A DNA stretch of 64,000 bases, taken from Alphaproteobacteria bacterium. Its GTDB lineage: Bacteria > Pseudomonadota > Alphaproteobacteria > GCA-2731375. The position numbers and the translations under genes are program-made. Positions 1 through 13,086 of the stretch are shown one piece after another; the stretch's first letter is position 1; every line of letters starts with the position of its first letter. The notes below the pieces were generated by a model. The model saw only the letters and a list, made by a program, of their open reading frames with translations, made no database searches and was not told the DNA's origin. The stretch spans positions 6,432,001-6,496,000 of the forward strand of contig CBDDPY010000002.1 of assembly GCA_965232515.1 (NCBI GenBank). The letters are read 5' to 3'.

Positions 1-1302
1 CAGAAGGTGGCGACCGGCCAGGGGCGGATGGAGTTCCAGTTCCCGCCCGGCTCTCCCTTCGAGGAGTTTTTCAAGGAGTTCTTCGACCGCAATCAGCAAG
101 GCGACCGCAACCGTCCGACGCGGCGGGTAACCTCGCTCGGTTCGGGCTTCGTGATCGATTCCGCCGGTCTGGTCGTGACCAACAACCACGTCATTGCCGA
201 GGCCGACGAGATCGCGGTGACGTTCGCGGACGGCCGTAAGCTTGAAGCGACGGTGGTCGGCAAGGACCCCAAAACCGATCTGGCGCTGCTGCGAATCGAG
301 CCCGATCAGGAACTGGTTTCGGTGCCATGGGGTGATTCCGGCGATTCCCGGGTGGGTGACTGGGTCGTTGCCATCGGCAATCCGTTCGGCCTGGGCGGCA
401 GTGTCACGGCGGGCATCATTTCGGCCATCAGCCGCGATATCAACGCCGGCCCGTACGACGATTTCATCCAGACCGATGCCTCGATCAACCGAGGCAACTC
501 CGGCGGACCGCTGTTCAACATGGAAGGCGAGGTTATCGGCATCAATACCGCCATCTTCTCGCCCTCGGGCGGCAGCGTCGGTATCGGTTTCGCGGTGCCG
601 TCGGCGATCGCCAAGAACGTCATCCTGCAGCTCGAGAAGTACGGCAAGACACGTCGAGGCTGGCTGGGCGTACGCATCCAGACCGTCACCGACGAGATCG
701 CCGAGGGGCTTGGCCTCGATCGTCCTCGCGGCGCGTTGGTAGCCGGCCTGACGGAAGGCGGTCCGGCGGAGCAGTTCGGCCTGCGGCAGCGGGACGTGAT
801 CTTGAAGTTCGACAACAGGCCAATCGAAGAAATGCGCGAGCTGCCGCGCATTGTCGCCGATACCGAAATCGGCAAGCCGGTACCGGTCGAGATCTGGCGC
901 GACGGTCAGTTCCAGACATTGCAGGTCGAAATCGGCGAGCTTGACGAGACCGAGGCGCAGGTTGCCGCTGTGGATCCGACCAGCCCGGAATCGACCGAGG
1001 AGTTGCAGGCACTCGGCATGACGCTTACCGGCATGAATGACGAGGTGCGCACCCGTTTCGAGATCGGGGAGGAGGCGCTCGGCGTCGTCGTGACCGATGT
1101 CACGACCGAAAGCCCGGCAGCCGAGAAGGGCATTCGCCCCGGCGACATCATTGTCGAGGTCGCTGACGAGGAAGTGACCTCGCCCGATCAGGTGGTCAGC
1201 AAGATCACCCAGCTACGGCAGGCCAAGCGCAAGATCGTGCTGTTCCTGCTGGAGCGGGGTGGCGACCGGCGTTACGTGCCGGTGCGGCTGGACGAGAGCT
1301 GA
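1..1302 (+). CDS. degP: DegP/HtrA (Do family) serine protease with two PDZ domains, 5' truncated by window edge
   Basis: Motifs TNNHVI, DLALL and QTDASINRGNSGGPL; PDZ motifs RGWLGV and SPAAEKGIRPGDII. Frame is open from base 1. Confidence 0.93.
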   Translation, partial: QKVATGQGRMEFQFPPGSPFEEFFKEFFDRNQQGDRNRPTRRVTSLGSGFVIDSAGLVVTNNHVIAEADEIAVTFADGRKLEATVVGKDPKTDLALLRIEPDQELVSVPWGDSGDSRVGDWVVAIGNPFGLGGSVTAGIISAISRDINAGPYDDFIQTDASINRGNSGGPLFNMEGEVIGINTAIFSPSGGSVGIGFAVPSAIAKNVILQLEKYGKTRRGWLGVRIQTVTDEIAEGLGLDRPRGALVAGLTEGGPAEQFGLRQRDVILKFDNRPIEEMRELPRIVADTEIGKPVPVEIWRDGQFQTLQVEIGELDETEAQVAAVDPTSPESTEELQALGMTLTGMNDEVRTRFEIGEEALGVVVTDVTTESPAAEKGIRPGDIIVEVADEEVTSPDQVVSKITQLRQAKRKIVLFLLERGGDRRYVPVRLDES

Positions 1303-1350
1303 ACGCCGAAACCGACATATCCAAGGCGCGATGCCGTTGGCTCCGTCGTA

Positions 1351-2226
1351 TCAGTGCTTGAGCTCGTCGGCCCGATAGCCCTGCATATAGAGCAGGGCCG
1401 TCAGGTCGTTGTGATCGACCCGGGCGCGTGCCGCGTCGGCCAGCACCGGCTTGGCCCGGTAGGCGATGCCGAGGCCAGCGGCCTCGATCATCTGCCGGTC
1501 GTTCGCGCCGTCGCCAACGGCGAGCGTCGTCCCGGGTTCCAGGCCATTTCGGTTGATCAGACTATGTAGCGCGGCCAGCTTCGCCGAAGAATCCAGGATC
1601 GGCGCTTCGACTTCGCCGGTCAGCACGCCGTCTGCGACGACGAGGCGGTTGGCCTGATCCTCGTGAAATCCGGCCTCGGCGCGTACCCGCCCCGTGAAAT
1701 AGGTGAATCCGCCTGAAACCAGAGCGGTGTGCGCGCCATGGTGCCGCATGGTCTGCACCAGCGTGCGTGCGCCGGGCGACAACCGCACGCGCTCCGTATA
1801 GCAGCGCGCCAGATCCTCGGTCGGCAGCCCGGCCAGCATCGCCGCCCGGCGCCGCAATGCGTCCGCGAAGTCGATCTCGCCGCGCATGGCGGTTTCGGTG
1901 ATCGCGGCCACCTCGGCCTTGCGTCCGATCATGTCGGCCAATTCGTCGATGCACTCGACGGTGATGATGGTCGAATCCATGTCGGCGATCAGGAGCCGCC
2001 GGCGGCGGCCGGCGGCCGGTTGCGCGATCAGGTCGACCGGTGCATCGGCCAGCGCCTCGCGCGCCGTCTTTTCATGCGCGGCGGCATCGCCACCGTCGAT
2101 CGGCAGGTCGCAAGCCGTGTCGGCGGCCAGCCAGTCCGGTTCGCCGGCCTCCGGCAGCGCGGCGCGCACCGCCGCGACCTGGTCTCGGGTTAGCGGATTG
2201 CCAATCAAGGTGAGCATGTATTTCAT
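1351..2226 (-). CDS. serB: Phosphoserine phosphatase (HAD family)
   Basis: HAD motifs ADMDSTII, LVSGGF and AVGDGAND; sits divergent from miaA. Confidence 0.95.
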   Translation of the reverse strand: MKYMLTLIGNPLTRDQVAAVRAALPEAGEPDWLAADTACDLPIDGGDAAAHEKTAREALADAPVDLIAQPAAGRRRRLLIADMDSTIITVECIDELADMIGRKAEVAAITETAMRGEIDFADALRRRAAMLAGLPTEDLARCYTERVRLSPGARTLVQTMRHHGAHTALVSGGFTYFTGRVRAEAGFHEDQANRLVVADGVLTGEVEAPILDSSAKLAALHSLINRNGLEPGTTLAVGDGANDRQMIEAAGLGIAYRAKPVLADAARARVDHNDLTALLYMQGYRADELKH

Positions 2227-2252
2227 GGCGGCCTGACGTTCGGAGCGTGCGG

Positions 2253-3197
2253 ATGAACAAAGGGGCGATCCTGATAGCCGGCCCGACGGCCAGTGGCAAG
2301 TCGGCCTTGGCGCTGCGCCTGGCCGAAGCGGTCGGCGGCGCGGTGATCAATGCCGACAGCATGCAGGTCTATCGCGAGCTCCGCATCCTGACGGCCCGTC
2401 CGACGCCGGCCGACGAGGCCCGTGCGCCCCATATGCTCTACGGCGTTCTGCCGGCGTCCGAGGCGTGCTCGGCCGGCCGCTGGCTGGATCTGGCGCGGGA
2501 TGCGATTGCTGCGGCACGCGCATCGGGTCAGGTGCCGATCGTCGTCGGCGGCACCGGGCTCTACTTCCTGGCGCTGACGGAAGGCCTGGCGCCGATCCCG
2601 GCAATACCAGCCGATGTCAGGTCGGCGGCCCGGCGGTTGCACGCCGAACTCGGCGGTCCGGCCTTCCACGCCAGGCTGGCGTCGCGAGATCCCGTCATGG
2701 CGTCGCGGTTGCGGCCGAGCGATCCCCAACGGTTGATCCGTGCCTACGAGGTGATCGAGGCGACCGGCCAGTCCCTTGCCGATTGGCAGGGTCGGCCGTC
2801 GGCGCCACCCGTTCTCGGCCAACCCTGGCATGGAGTGTTGCTGGAGCCGCCACGGTCTTTGATCTACCGCCGCTGCGACCGGCGTCTGGAGGCCATGCTC
2901 GCCGAGGGCGCGTTGGACGAGGTGCGTGCGTTTGCCGCGTTGGAGTTGGATCCCGCGCTGCCCGCCATGAAGGCGGTTGGCGTCCCCCCGCTGATCAGCC
3001 ACATCAGGGGTGAAATTTCGGAGGCAGCCGCTCTTGCCGCGGCGCAAACGGCGACACGGCGATATGCCAAGCGGCAGTACACCTGGCTCAGACACAAGAT
3101 GCTTTCGTGGCAACGGTATTCAACGAAAGATTCAGAAAGTTTTTTCGAAAAAATCTTTCCAATAATAAGTCAATTTCTGTTGACCGCCGCCGACTGA
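2253..3197 (+). CDS. miaA: tRNA dimethylallyltransferase
   Basis: Motifs GPTASGKS, INADSMQVY, VGGTGLY and RRYAKRQYTW. Confidence 0.97.
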   Translation: MNKGAILIAGPTASGKSALALRLAEAVGGAVINADSMQVYRELRILTARPTPADEARAPHMLYGVLPASEACSAGRWLDLARDAIAAARASGQVPIVVGGTGLYFLALTEGLAPIPAIPADVRSAARRLHAELGGPAFHARLASRDPVMASRLRPSDPQRLIRAYEVIEATGQSLADWQGRPSAPPVLGQPWHGVLLEPPRSLIYRRCDRRLEAMLAEGALDEVRAFAALELDPALPAMKAVGVPPLISHIRGEISEAAALAAAQTATRRYAKRQYTWLRHKMLSWQRYSTKDSESFFEKIFPIISQFLLTAAD

Positions 3198-3208
3198 GCG
3201 CCTATGTT
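3180..3208 (+). promoter_or_regulatory. Putative sigma70 promoter for ilvB (TTGACC-N17-TATGTT)
   Basis: TTGACC at 3180-3185 and TATGTT at 3203-3208 with 17-bp spacing, upstream of ilvB. Confidence 0.55.
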
Positions 3209-3276
3209 GCGCTCATTCGGACCGGTCGGGAGCCGGCCGATGTTGCAGCGCCGAAAAGCGCAGAAAGAGACGTTCG

Positions 3277-3311
3277 ACCGCTCAGTGTCGCAAGCGCTGG
3301 GCGGTTTCGTT
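3277..3311 (+). terminator. Terminator-like hairpin in the miaA-ilvB interval
   Basis: ACCGCTCAGTG-tcGCAAg-CGCTGGGCGGT followed by TTCGTT. Confidence 0.45.
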
Positions 3312-3457
3312 ACGATGGGCCTGCGATCGTGCAGGTAAGGATGGATGTGGCTGACGCCGGCCGCCGATGGAAATGCGGTGCGGCGGCTTTAGTGGGCGCG
3401 AGAGGAGATTGGCGCGGGTGCGCCGATCGGTGACGCCCGATACTTGGGAGAGGAGAG

Positions 3458-5251
3458 ATGACGGAAGTTCAGACGACCGGGTCGGACATCGCCACGCGGC
3501 AGATGACCGGAGCGGAGATGGTCGTAAAGGCTCTGATTGATCAGGGCGTCGACGTAATCTTCGGCTATCCCGGCGGCGCGGTACTTCCGATCTACGATGC
3601 GCTCTTCCAGCAGAACAAGATCCGGCATGTCCTGGTGCGGCAGGAAGGCGGCGCGGTGCACGCTGCCGAGGGCTATGCCCGCTCGACCGGCAAGCCCGGA
3701 GTCGTCCTGGTGACCTCGGGTCCCGGCGCCACGAACGCGGTGACCGGCCTGACCGATGCGATGATGGACTCGATCCCCGTCGTCTGCCTGACCGGTCAAG
3801 TGGCGACGCACATGATCGGCAACGACGCCTTTCAGGAGGCGGACACCGTCGGCATTACGCGGCCCTGCACCAAGCACAATTACCTGGTGAAGCGGACCGA
3901 CGATCTGGCGAGAGTCATGCACGAGGCGTTCTATGTCGCGACGCACGGCCGGCCCGGACCGGTGGTGATCGACCTGCCGAAGGATGTCTGCATTGCCAGC
4001 GGCAGCTATGTCGATCCCGACAACGTGGCGCACAAGACCTACCGTCCGCAGACCAAGGCGGACGAAGGCAGCCTGCGGCGCGCCGTCGACATGATCGCCA
4101 AGGCGAAGCGGCCGGTTTTCTATACCGGCGGCGGCGTGATCAATTCCGGGCCGCGCGCCTCGGCGCTGCTGCGCGAATTCGTGCAGATGACCGGCTATCC
4201 GATCACCAACACGCTGATGGGGCTCGGCGCCTATCCGGCCTCCGACGGTCAGTTCCTCGGCATGCTGGGCATGCATGGCACTTACGAGGCGAACCTCGCC
4301 ATGCATGGCTGCGACGTCATGGTCTGCATCGGCGCCCGGTTCGACGACCGGATTACCGGCCGTCTCGACGCCTTCAGCCCGAATTCGCAGAAGATCCATA
4401 TCGACATCGATCCGTCGTCGATCAACAAGAATATTCGGGTCGATCTGCCGATCATCGGCGATTGCGGTGCCGTGCTCGAAGACATGATCGCGCTGTGGCG
4501 GGCCGAGAGCCGGGAGCCGGACGCTCAGGCCCTCAAGGCCTGGTGGGAGCAGATCGAGGCTTGGCGTGCCCGCAACTGTCTGCATTTCGAGCAGTCCGGC
4601 GACACCATCAAGCCACAATACGCGATCCAGCGTCTCTACGAGATGACCAAGGACCGCGATACCTACATCACCACCGAGGTCGGTCAGCATCAGATGTGGG
4701 CGGCGCAGTTCTATCGCTTCGAGGAGCCGAACCGCTGGATGACCTCGGGCGGTCTCGGCACCATGGGCTATGGCCTGCCGGCGGCGATCGGCGTGCAGAT
4801 GGCGCATCCGCGGTCCCTGGTGGTCGATATCGCCGGCGAAGCCTCGATCCTGATGAATATCCAGGAGATGTCGACGGCCAAGCAGTTCGGCCTGCCGGTG
4901 AAGATCTTCATCCTGAACAACCAATGGATGGGCATGGTTCGGCAGTGGCAGGAGCTGCTGCATGGCGAGCGCTACTCCGAGAGCTATACCGCGGCCCTAC
5001 CGGACTTCGTCAAGCTGGCCGAGAGCTTCGGCGCCGTCGGCCTGCGGGCCGAACGCGCGGATCAGCTCGATGACGTGATCGCGACGATGATCGACACCCC
5101 CAGCGCGGTAATCGCCGACATCTGCGTCGAGCAGATGGAGAACTGCTTCCCGATGGTGCCTTCCGGTGCGGCGCATAACGAGATGATCCTGGGCGACCAG
5201 AGCGACCGGGATCAGCCACGGGTCACCGACGCCGGCCTGGCGCTGGTGTAG
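3458..5251 (+). CDS. ilvB: Acetolactate synthase large subunit
   Basis: Motifs FGYPGGAVLPIYD, TSGPGATN, GMLGMHG and SGGLGTMGYGLPAAIG. Confidence 0.96.
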   Translation: MTEVQTTGSDIATRQMTGAEMVVKALIDQGVDVIFGYPGGAVLPIYDALFQQNKIRHVLVRQEGGAVHAAEGYARSTGKPGVVLVTSGPGATNAVTGLTDAMMDSIPVVCLTGQVATHMIGNDAFQEADTVGITRPCTKHNYLVKRTDDLARVMHEAFYVATHGRPGPVVIDLPKDVCIASGSYVDPDNVAHKTYRPQTKADEGSLRRAVDMIAKAKRPVFYTGGGVINSGPRASALLREFVQMTGYPITNTLMGLGAYPASDGQFLGMLGMHGTYEANLAMHGCDVMVCIGARFDDRITGRLDAFSPNSQKIHIDIDPSSINKNIRVDLPIIGDCGAVLEDMIALWRAESREPDAQALKAWWEQIEAWRARNCLHFEQSGDTIKPQYAIQRLYEMTKDRDTYITTEVGQHQMWAAQFYRFEEPNRWMTSGGLGTMGYGLPAAIGVQMAHPRSLVVDIAGEASILMNIQEMSTAKQFGLPVKIFILNNQWMGMVRQWQELLHGERYSESYTAALPDFVKLAESFGAVGLRAERADQLDDVIATMIDTPSAVIADICVEQMENCFPMVPSGAAHNEMILGDQSDRDQPRVTDAGLALV

Positions 5252-5361
5252 GGCTGCCGGCCGGCCCTACCCATGCGGCGGGGCAAGGCAATCGGGCATA
5301 TGAACGAACAACGCGGAGCGCCCACCCTTGGCGGGCGCCCTACCAGCAGGGATGAAAACCC

Positions 5362-6985
<1,624 letters not shown>

Positions 6986-7170
6986 GCGCGCCGGCCGCCA
7001 ATGCCTCCCTCGCCATCGCCGGGCCGTGGTAACGGTTCGGCGACGGCGGCGGGGCGCCGTCCCGGTCATCACGACCGTCGCCGCGGCGACCGAATCGGCC
7101 CGCGGACCGCATATCGGTCCGGCGCCGTCGGCCAATTTTTTTGCGCCACATCACAGTTTTTGCACCGCCA

Positions 7171-7196
7171 TTAACGGGCAATTAAGATGGATTAAC
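7171..7196. promoter_or_regulatory. Putative CtrA-binding site(s) upstream of mreB
   Basis: TTAA-cgggcaa-TTAA (TTAA-N7-TTAA) at 7171-7185, plus TTAAC at 7192, in an AT-rich patch. Confidence 0.55.
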
Positions 7197-7521
7197 GTTA
7201 ATAGCGGGGTGTTCCATTATTTGCCCTTGCGGCGGGAGTCGATATCGGCGAAACAATCCGCGGAAATCGGAGGTGAATTCCGGTGCCGACGATGATGCGG
7301 GAGGTGGCCGTTGCGGCCGTCAGGCTTGGACCGGGCGACATCGGGGGGATGTCTGCCATGCGTGCCTGCCCGCAGCTCAAACTCCGCAATCATCGCCAAG
7401 CCGCCGTCAACCGGCGGCACTCGTGTGGAGTAGGTTCGCGTTGATATTCGACGACTGGCGTGGGGCAGTCCGCAGGCGACGGGACATTGCCGCCTGCTTT
7501 TCGGCTTTAATTGGTAACTGA

Positions 7522-8580
<1,059 letters not shown>

Positions 8581-8612
8581 CCGCGCCGGGCTGATCGGAG
8601 GAACAGGTAGCG

Positions 8613-9485
8613 TTGAGGCCACAATACGGTCGAGTATCGCGACTCGCCATGCCGGCCAAGGTGCTGGCCCAACGGTTCGCGCTACTCGCCCTGGCGTCGG
8701 CCGCCGTCGCGCTGCTCATTCTCAGCAAGACCCATAGCGATGCGACCGAACGCATCCGCACCGCCATCGTCGACACGGTGGCGCCGGTTCTCAATGTTCT
8801 GAGCCAGCCGGTGGAGGCCCTGAACCGGGCCGTCGCCGAGTTCGACCGCTTCTGGTTCACCTACACCGAAAACGAACGGCTGCGCACGGAGATCGACCGG
8901 CTGCGCCGCTGGCAGATGGTGGCGCGCGGTCTCGAGCAGCAGAACGCGGCGCTGCGGGCCTTGACCGGATTGCGCGCGGAAGCTCTGCCGTCCTTCATCT
9001 CGGCCCGCGTGATCGGCGATTCCGGCGGGCCCTTCGTGCGCACCATGCTGGTCAATGCCGGCGAACGCAGCGGCGTCGCCAAAGGGCAGGCCGTGGTCAC
9101 CGGTGTCGGTCTCGTTGGCCGCATCGCCGAGGTCGGCGAGCGCTCGGCCCGGCTGTTGCTGCTGATCGACCTGAACAGCCGCGTGCCGGTGGTGATCGAA
9201 TCCTCGCGGCACCGCGCCGTGCTGGCCGGCGACAATTCCGAACGCCCGCGACTGATCTTCCTGCCGCCCAGCGCCCAGGTGTCGCCCGGCGACCGCATCG
9301 TCACGTCGGGCCATGGCGGCGTGTTCCCGGCCGGACTGCCGGTCGGCACCGTGACTGCGGTCAGCGACGGCGATATCCGGGTCCAGCCCTTCGTGGACTG
9401 GGATCGGCTGGAATATGTCAGCGTCGTGCGCTTCGACCTGCCGCGGCTCGATGCCACCAACACCGAGGGGCTGAGGCTGCCGTGA
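8613..9485 (+). CDS. mreC: Rod shape-determining protein MreC (start uncertain, 8613 or 8649)
   Basis: N-terminal TM helix, coiled coil ENERLR, motif VTSGHGGVFPAGLPVG; follows mreB. Confidence 0.93.
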   Translation: MRPQYGRVSRLAMPAKVLAQRFALLALASAAVALLILSKTHSDATERIRTAIVDTVAPVLNVLSQPVEALNRAVAEFDRFWFTYTENERLRTEIDRLRRWQMVARGLEQQNAALRALTGLRAEALPSFISARVIGDSGGPFVRTMLVNAGERSGVAKGQAVVTGVGLVGRIAEVGERSARLLLLIDLNSRVPVVIESSRHRAVLAGDNSERPRLIFLPPSAQVSPGDRIVTSGHGGVFPAGLPVGTVTAVSDGDIRVQPFVDWDRLEYVSVVRFDLPRLDATNTEGLRLP

Positions 9486-9997
9486 ACCCGACACCAATGG
9501 TTCGCGTCAATCAGTTCCTGCGCGGTTCGGTGCCGATGCTGCTGACGCTGCTGTTGGTGCTGCTGGGCAGCCTGCCGTTCGCCCTGCCTTACTTCTCGAT
9601 CCTGTGCCCGTTGTTCGCCGTGATGTCGGTCTACTATTGGAGTATCTACCGGCCGGACTTGATGCCGCTCGGCGCGGCCTTTCTGATCGGCTTCTTCGTC
9701 GACGTGCTGAGCGGCGGACCGATGGGGTTGATGGCGCTGGTGCTGGTGCTGGTGCAGGCCATGGTGGCTTCGCAGCGCCGCGCCTTCCTCGGCAAGTCGT
9801 TCGCCGTCGGCTGGTGGGGCTTCGGTCTGGTGGCCACCGGCGCCGTGCTGCTGAGCTGGCTGATCAGTTCGGTGTTCTTTACCCAGGTTCTGGATCCGCT
9901 GCCGGCCATCGGCCAACTGACCGTCAGCATTGCTGTCTATCCGCTGATGCTTCTGCTGTTCGGCAGCGTTCAGCGCGCCCTGTTGCCGGTGATCTAG
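9482..9997 (+). CDS. mreD: Rod shape-determining protein MreD
   Basis: Hydrophobic 171-aa protein with YYWSIYRP; between mreC and mrdA. Confidence 0.9.
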   Translation: MNPTPMVRVNQFLRGSVPMLLTLLLVLLGSLPFALPYFSILCPLFAVMSVYYWSIYRPDLMPLGAAFLIGFFVDVLSGGPMGLMALVLVLVQAMVASQRRAFLGKSFAVGWWGFGLVATGAVLLSWLISSVFFTQVLDPLPAIGQLTVSIAVYPLMLLLFGSVQRALLPVI

Positions 9998-10006
9998 GCC
10001 GCCGCC

Positions 10007-11893
10007 ATGGAACGCGAGAGCTCCCGCCACAAGCTGTTCTCCCGCCGCGCGGCGTTTCTGGTCGGCGGCAAGCTTGCGCTGCTCGGCGTCATCGGCGGCC
10101 GCATGTATTACCTCCAGGTCCTTGAACGCGACCAGTATCAGATGCTGGCCGAGGAAAACCGGATCAACCTGCGTCTGCTGCCGCCGCCCCGCGGCCGTAT
10201 CCTGGACAGGTTCGGCGAGGAACTGGCCAAGAACCGGCAGAACTTCCGTGTCGTGCTGATCCCCGAACAGACCAACGATGTCGGCAAGACCGTGCAACGG
10301 CTCGGCGAGATCGTCGAGATCCAGGACCACCAGCTGCGCCGCATTGAGCGCGAGCTGAAGCGCCAGCGCCGCTTCATGCCGCTGACGCTTGTCGAGAACC
10401 TGACCTGGGAGCAGTTTGCCAGCGTCAACGTCAAGCTACCTGACCTGCCGGGTGTGCAGCCCGATGTCGGCGAGACCCGCTACTACCCCTTCGGCGACAG
10501 CTTGGCGCACGTGGTCGGCTATGTGTCGGCCGTGTCCGAGAAGGACCTGACTGGTGATCCGTTGCTGGAGCTGCCGGGCTTCCGCATCGGCAAGAACGGC
10601 ATCGAGAAGGTCTACGACGACAGTTTGCGGGGCAAGGCCGGCAACAGCCGCGTCGAGGTGAACGCCTACGGCCGGGTGATCCGCGAGCTGCAGCGTCAGG
10701 ACGGCCAGCCCGGCGACGAACTGGTGCTGACGATCGACGTCGACCTGCAACAGGCCGTCAGCCGCCGGTTGGCCGGCGAGAGCGCGTCTGTTGTGGTCAT
10801 GGACGTGCATAACGGCGAAGTCCTGGCCATGGTGTCCTCGCCGTCCTATGACCCCAACGCCTTCAATCTCGGCTTCAGCGCCAAGAGCTGGAAGGCGCTG
10901 GTCGACAATCCCCGCAATCCGCTGACCAACAAGGCGATCGCCGGCCAATATCCGCCGGGCTCGACGTTTAAAATGCTGGTCGCGTTGGCGGCCCTCGAGT
11001 CCGGCGTGATCACGCCCGAGTACCGGACGTTCTGCAACGGCTCGACCAAGCTGGGACGGCACCGGTTCCACTGCTGGAAGTGGCGCTATGGCGGCCACGG
11101 CTGGAACAACCTTTACGAGGCGATCGAGCAGTCCTGCGACATCTATTTCTACGACATCGCCAAAAAGGTCGGTGTCGAACAGATCGCCGAGATGGCGCGC
11201 AAGTTCGGTCTTGGCGACAGACTCGATGTCGATCTCGTCGGTCAACGCGCCGGTCTGGTGCCGGACAAGGCCTGGAAGCTGGCCACCACCGGTGTGCCAT
11301 GGCAGACCGGCGAAACGCTTATCACCGGCATCGGCCAGGGCTATCTGCTGACCACCCCATTGCAGCTCGCGGTGATGACGGCCCGCCTCGCCAACGGCGG
11401 GTTTGCCGTTCAGCCGCGGCTTGTGCGCGACAAGGCCACGGTCAGCACCGGCGAGTTCGCGGAGCCGCCGAATTCGCCGCCGTCGTTGGGGATCTCGTCT
11501 GGATCGCTCAACGCCGTGCTCAAGGGCATGCGGATGGTGGTTCACGGCCGGCACGGCACGGCGCGCAAGGCGCGTCTTGAGATGGACGTGAAGATGGCCG
11601 GCAAGACCGGCACGGCGCAGGTCCGGCGCATTACCAAGGCGGAGCGCGCCAGCGGCGTGAGGAAAGCCGAAGAGAAGCCCTGGGAAGAACGCGCCCATGG
11701 CCTGTTCGTGGCCTATGCGCCGGCCGATCGGCCGCGCTATGCGCTGTCGCTGGTCATCGAGCATGGCGGCTCCGGCGCCAAGGCCGCGCTCGTGGCGAGG
11801 GACATCATGACCGAGGTGCTGGAGCGCGATCCGCTCCGCCGGCCGGCCATCGGCAAGCTGGCCGCCCGACGCCCCACGGACGGGCAGGGCTAG
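10007..11893 (+). CDS. mrdA: Penicillin-binding protein 2
   Basis: Transpeptidase motifs SxxK (STFK), SxD (SCD) and KTG; also PRGRILDR. Confidence 0.95.
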   Translation: MERESSRHKLFSRRAAFLVGGKLALLGVIGGRMYYLQVLERDQYQMLAEENRINLRLLPPPRGRILDRFGEELAKNRQNFRVVLIPEQTNDVGKTVQRLGEIVEIQDHQLRRIERELKRQRRFMPLTLVENLTWEQFASVNVKLPDLPGVQPDVGETRYYPFGDSLAHVVGYVSAVSEKDLTGDPLLELPGFRIGKNGIEKVYDDSLRGKAGNSRVEVNAYGRVIRELQRQDGQPGDELVLTIDVDLQQAVSRRLAGESASVVVMDVHNGEVLAMVSSPSYDPNAFNLGFSAKSWKALVDNPRNPLTNKAIAGQYPPGSTFKMLVALAALESGVITPEYRTFCNGSTKLGRHRFHCWKWRYGGHGWNNLYEAIEQSCDIYFYDIAKKVGVEQIAEMARKFGLGDRLDVDLVGQRAGLVPDKAWKLATTGVPWQTGETLITGIGQGYLLTTPLQLAVMTARLANGGFAVQPRLVRDKATVSTGEFAEPPNSPPSLGISSGSLNAVLKGMRMVVHGRHGTARKARLEMDVKMAGKTGTAQVRRITKAERASGVRKAEEKPWEERAHGLFVAYAPADRPRYALSLVIEHGGSGAKAALVARDIMTEVLERDPLRRPAIGKLAARRPTDGQG

Positions 11894-11896
11894 GCG

Positions 11897-13039
11897 ATGG
11901 CGCTCGGCAACACCTTCGGCGGACCGCCGGAAATGACTATCGCGCAGAAGCTGCGCGACGTGAACTGGTTGCTGGTGCTGCTGATCATCGCCGTCGCAAG
12001 CGTCGGCTTCGCCATGCTCTATTCCGCCGCCAACGGCAGCTTCAATCCCTGGGCCTCTCGGCAGATGGCGCGGTTCGGCGCCGGTATGGTGGCGATGCTG
12101 ATTATCGCCGTGACCGACATCCGGATCTGGCTGCGCTACGCCTATGTGATCTATGGCCTCGGTTTGGTCCTGCTGGTCGCTGTCGAGATGATGGGCTTCG
12201 TCGGCATGGGCGCACAGCGTTGGGTCGATCTCGGCTTCTTCCAGCTACAGCCGTCCGAGGTCATGAAGATCGCCCTGGTGCTGGCGCTGGCGCGCTACTT
12301 CCACGGCATCGCCATGGAGGATATCGGCCGGCTGCACTTGCTGATCGTGCCCCTGTTGATGATCATCGTGCCGGTGACGCTGGTGATCCGGCAGCCGGAC
12401 CTGGGCACCGCGATCCTGATGATGATGGTGGGCGCTGCCGTCTTGTTTGTTGCCGGCGTGCGCCTCTGGAAGTTTGCCCTCGGCATCTGCGGCGCCGTTG
12501 CCGCCGTGCCGATCGGCTGGCAGTTCCTGCGCGACTACCAGAAGGAGCGCATCTTCACCTTCCTCAATCCGGAGCGCGACCCGCTCGGCGCCGGCTATCA
12601 CATCACGCAATCGAAGATCGCGCTCGGCTCCGGCGGCATCTCCGGCAAGGGCTTCATGCAGGGCACCCAGAGCCACCTGAACTTCCTGCCCGAGCGCCAG
12701 ACCGACTTCATCTTCACCATGCTGGCCGAGGAGTTCGGCCTGATCGGCTGCCTCGGCCTGATCGGGCTCTATGTCTGCATCCTGGCCTATGGCGTCGGCA
12801 TCGCCGTGCGCAGCCGCAACCAGTTCGGCCGCCTCATGGCCATGGGTCTGACCACGACGTTCTTCCTCTATGTGTTCATCAATATCGCCATGGTCACCGG
12901 CTTGATCCCGGTGGTGGGCGTGCCGCTGCCGCTGGTCTCCTACGGCGGCACGGCGATGATGACGCTGCTGATCAGCTTCGGTTTTCTGATCAGCGTCTAC
13001 GTCCACCGGGATCTGGTCATTCCCAGACGTCCGGTCTAA
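11897..13039 (+). CDS. rodA: Peptidoglycan glycosyltransferase RodA (SEDS family)
   Basis: Motifs GAQRW, QPSE, QPDLGTA, PERQTDFIF and LPLVSYGG. Confidence 0.96.
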   Translation: MALGNTFGGPPEMTIAQKLRDVNWLLVLLIIAVASVGFAMLYSAANGSFNPWASRQMARFGAGMVAMLIIAVTDIRIWLRYAYVIYGLGLVLLVAVEMMGFVGMGAQRWVDLGFFQLQPSEVMKIALVLALARYFHGIAMEDIGRLHLLIVPLLMIIVPVTLVIRQPDLGTAILMMMVGAAVLFVAGVRLWKFALGICGAVAAVPIGWQFLRDYQKERIFTFLNPERDPLGAGYHITQSKIALGSGGISGKGFMQGTQSHLNFLPERQTDFIFTMLAEEFGLIGCLGLIGLYVCILAYGVGIAVRSRNQFGRLMAMGLTTTFFLYVFINIAMVTGLIPVVGVPLPLVSYGGTAMMTLLISFGFLISVYVHRDLVIPRRPV

Positions 13040-13043
13040 CGCC

Positions 13044-13076
13044 GCCGGGCGGCCCGGAACAGGGGCCGCCCGCCGG
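13044..13076. terminator. GC-rich hairpin between convergent rodA and hydrolase genes
   Basis: Inverted repeat cgggcggccc...gggccgcccg. Confidence 0.4.
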
Positions 13077-13086
13077 TTCGTTCCGA

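Noticed and set aside
3204-3340. ilv attenuator leader peptide
   Set aside because: The candidate ORF has no run of Ile/Leu/Val codons and starts inside the putative -10 element.
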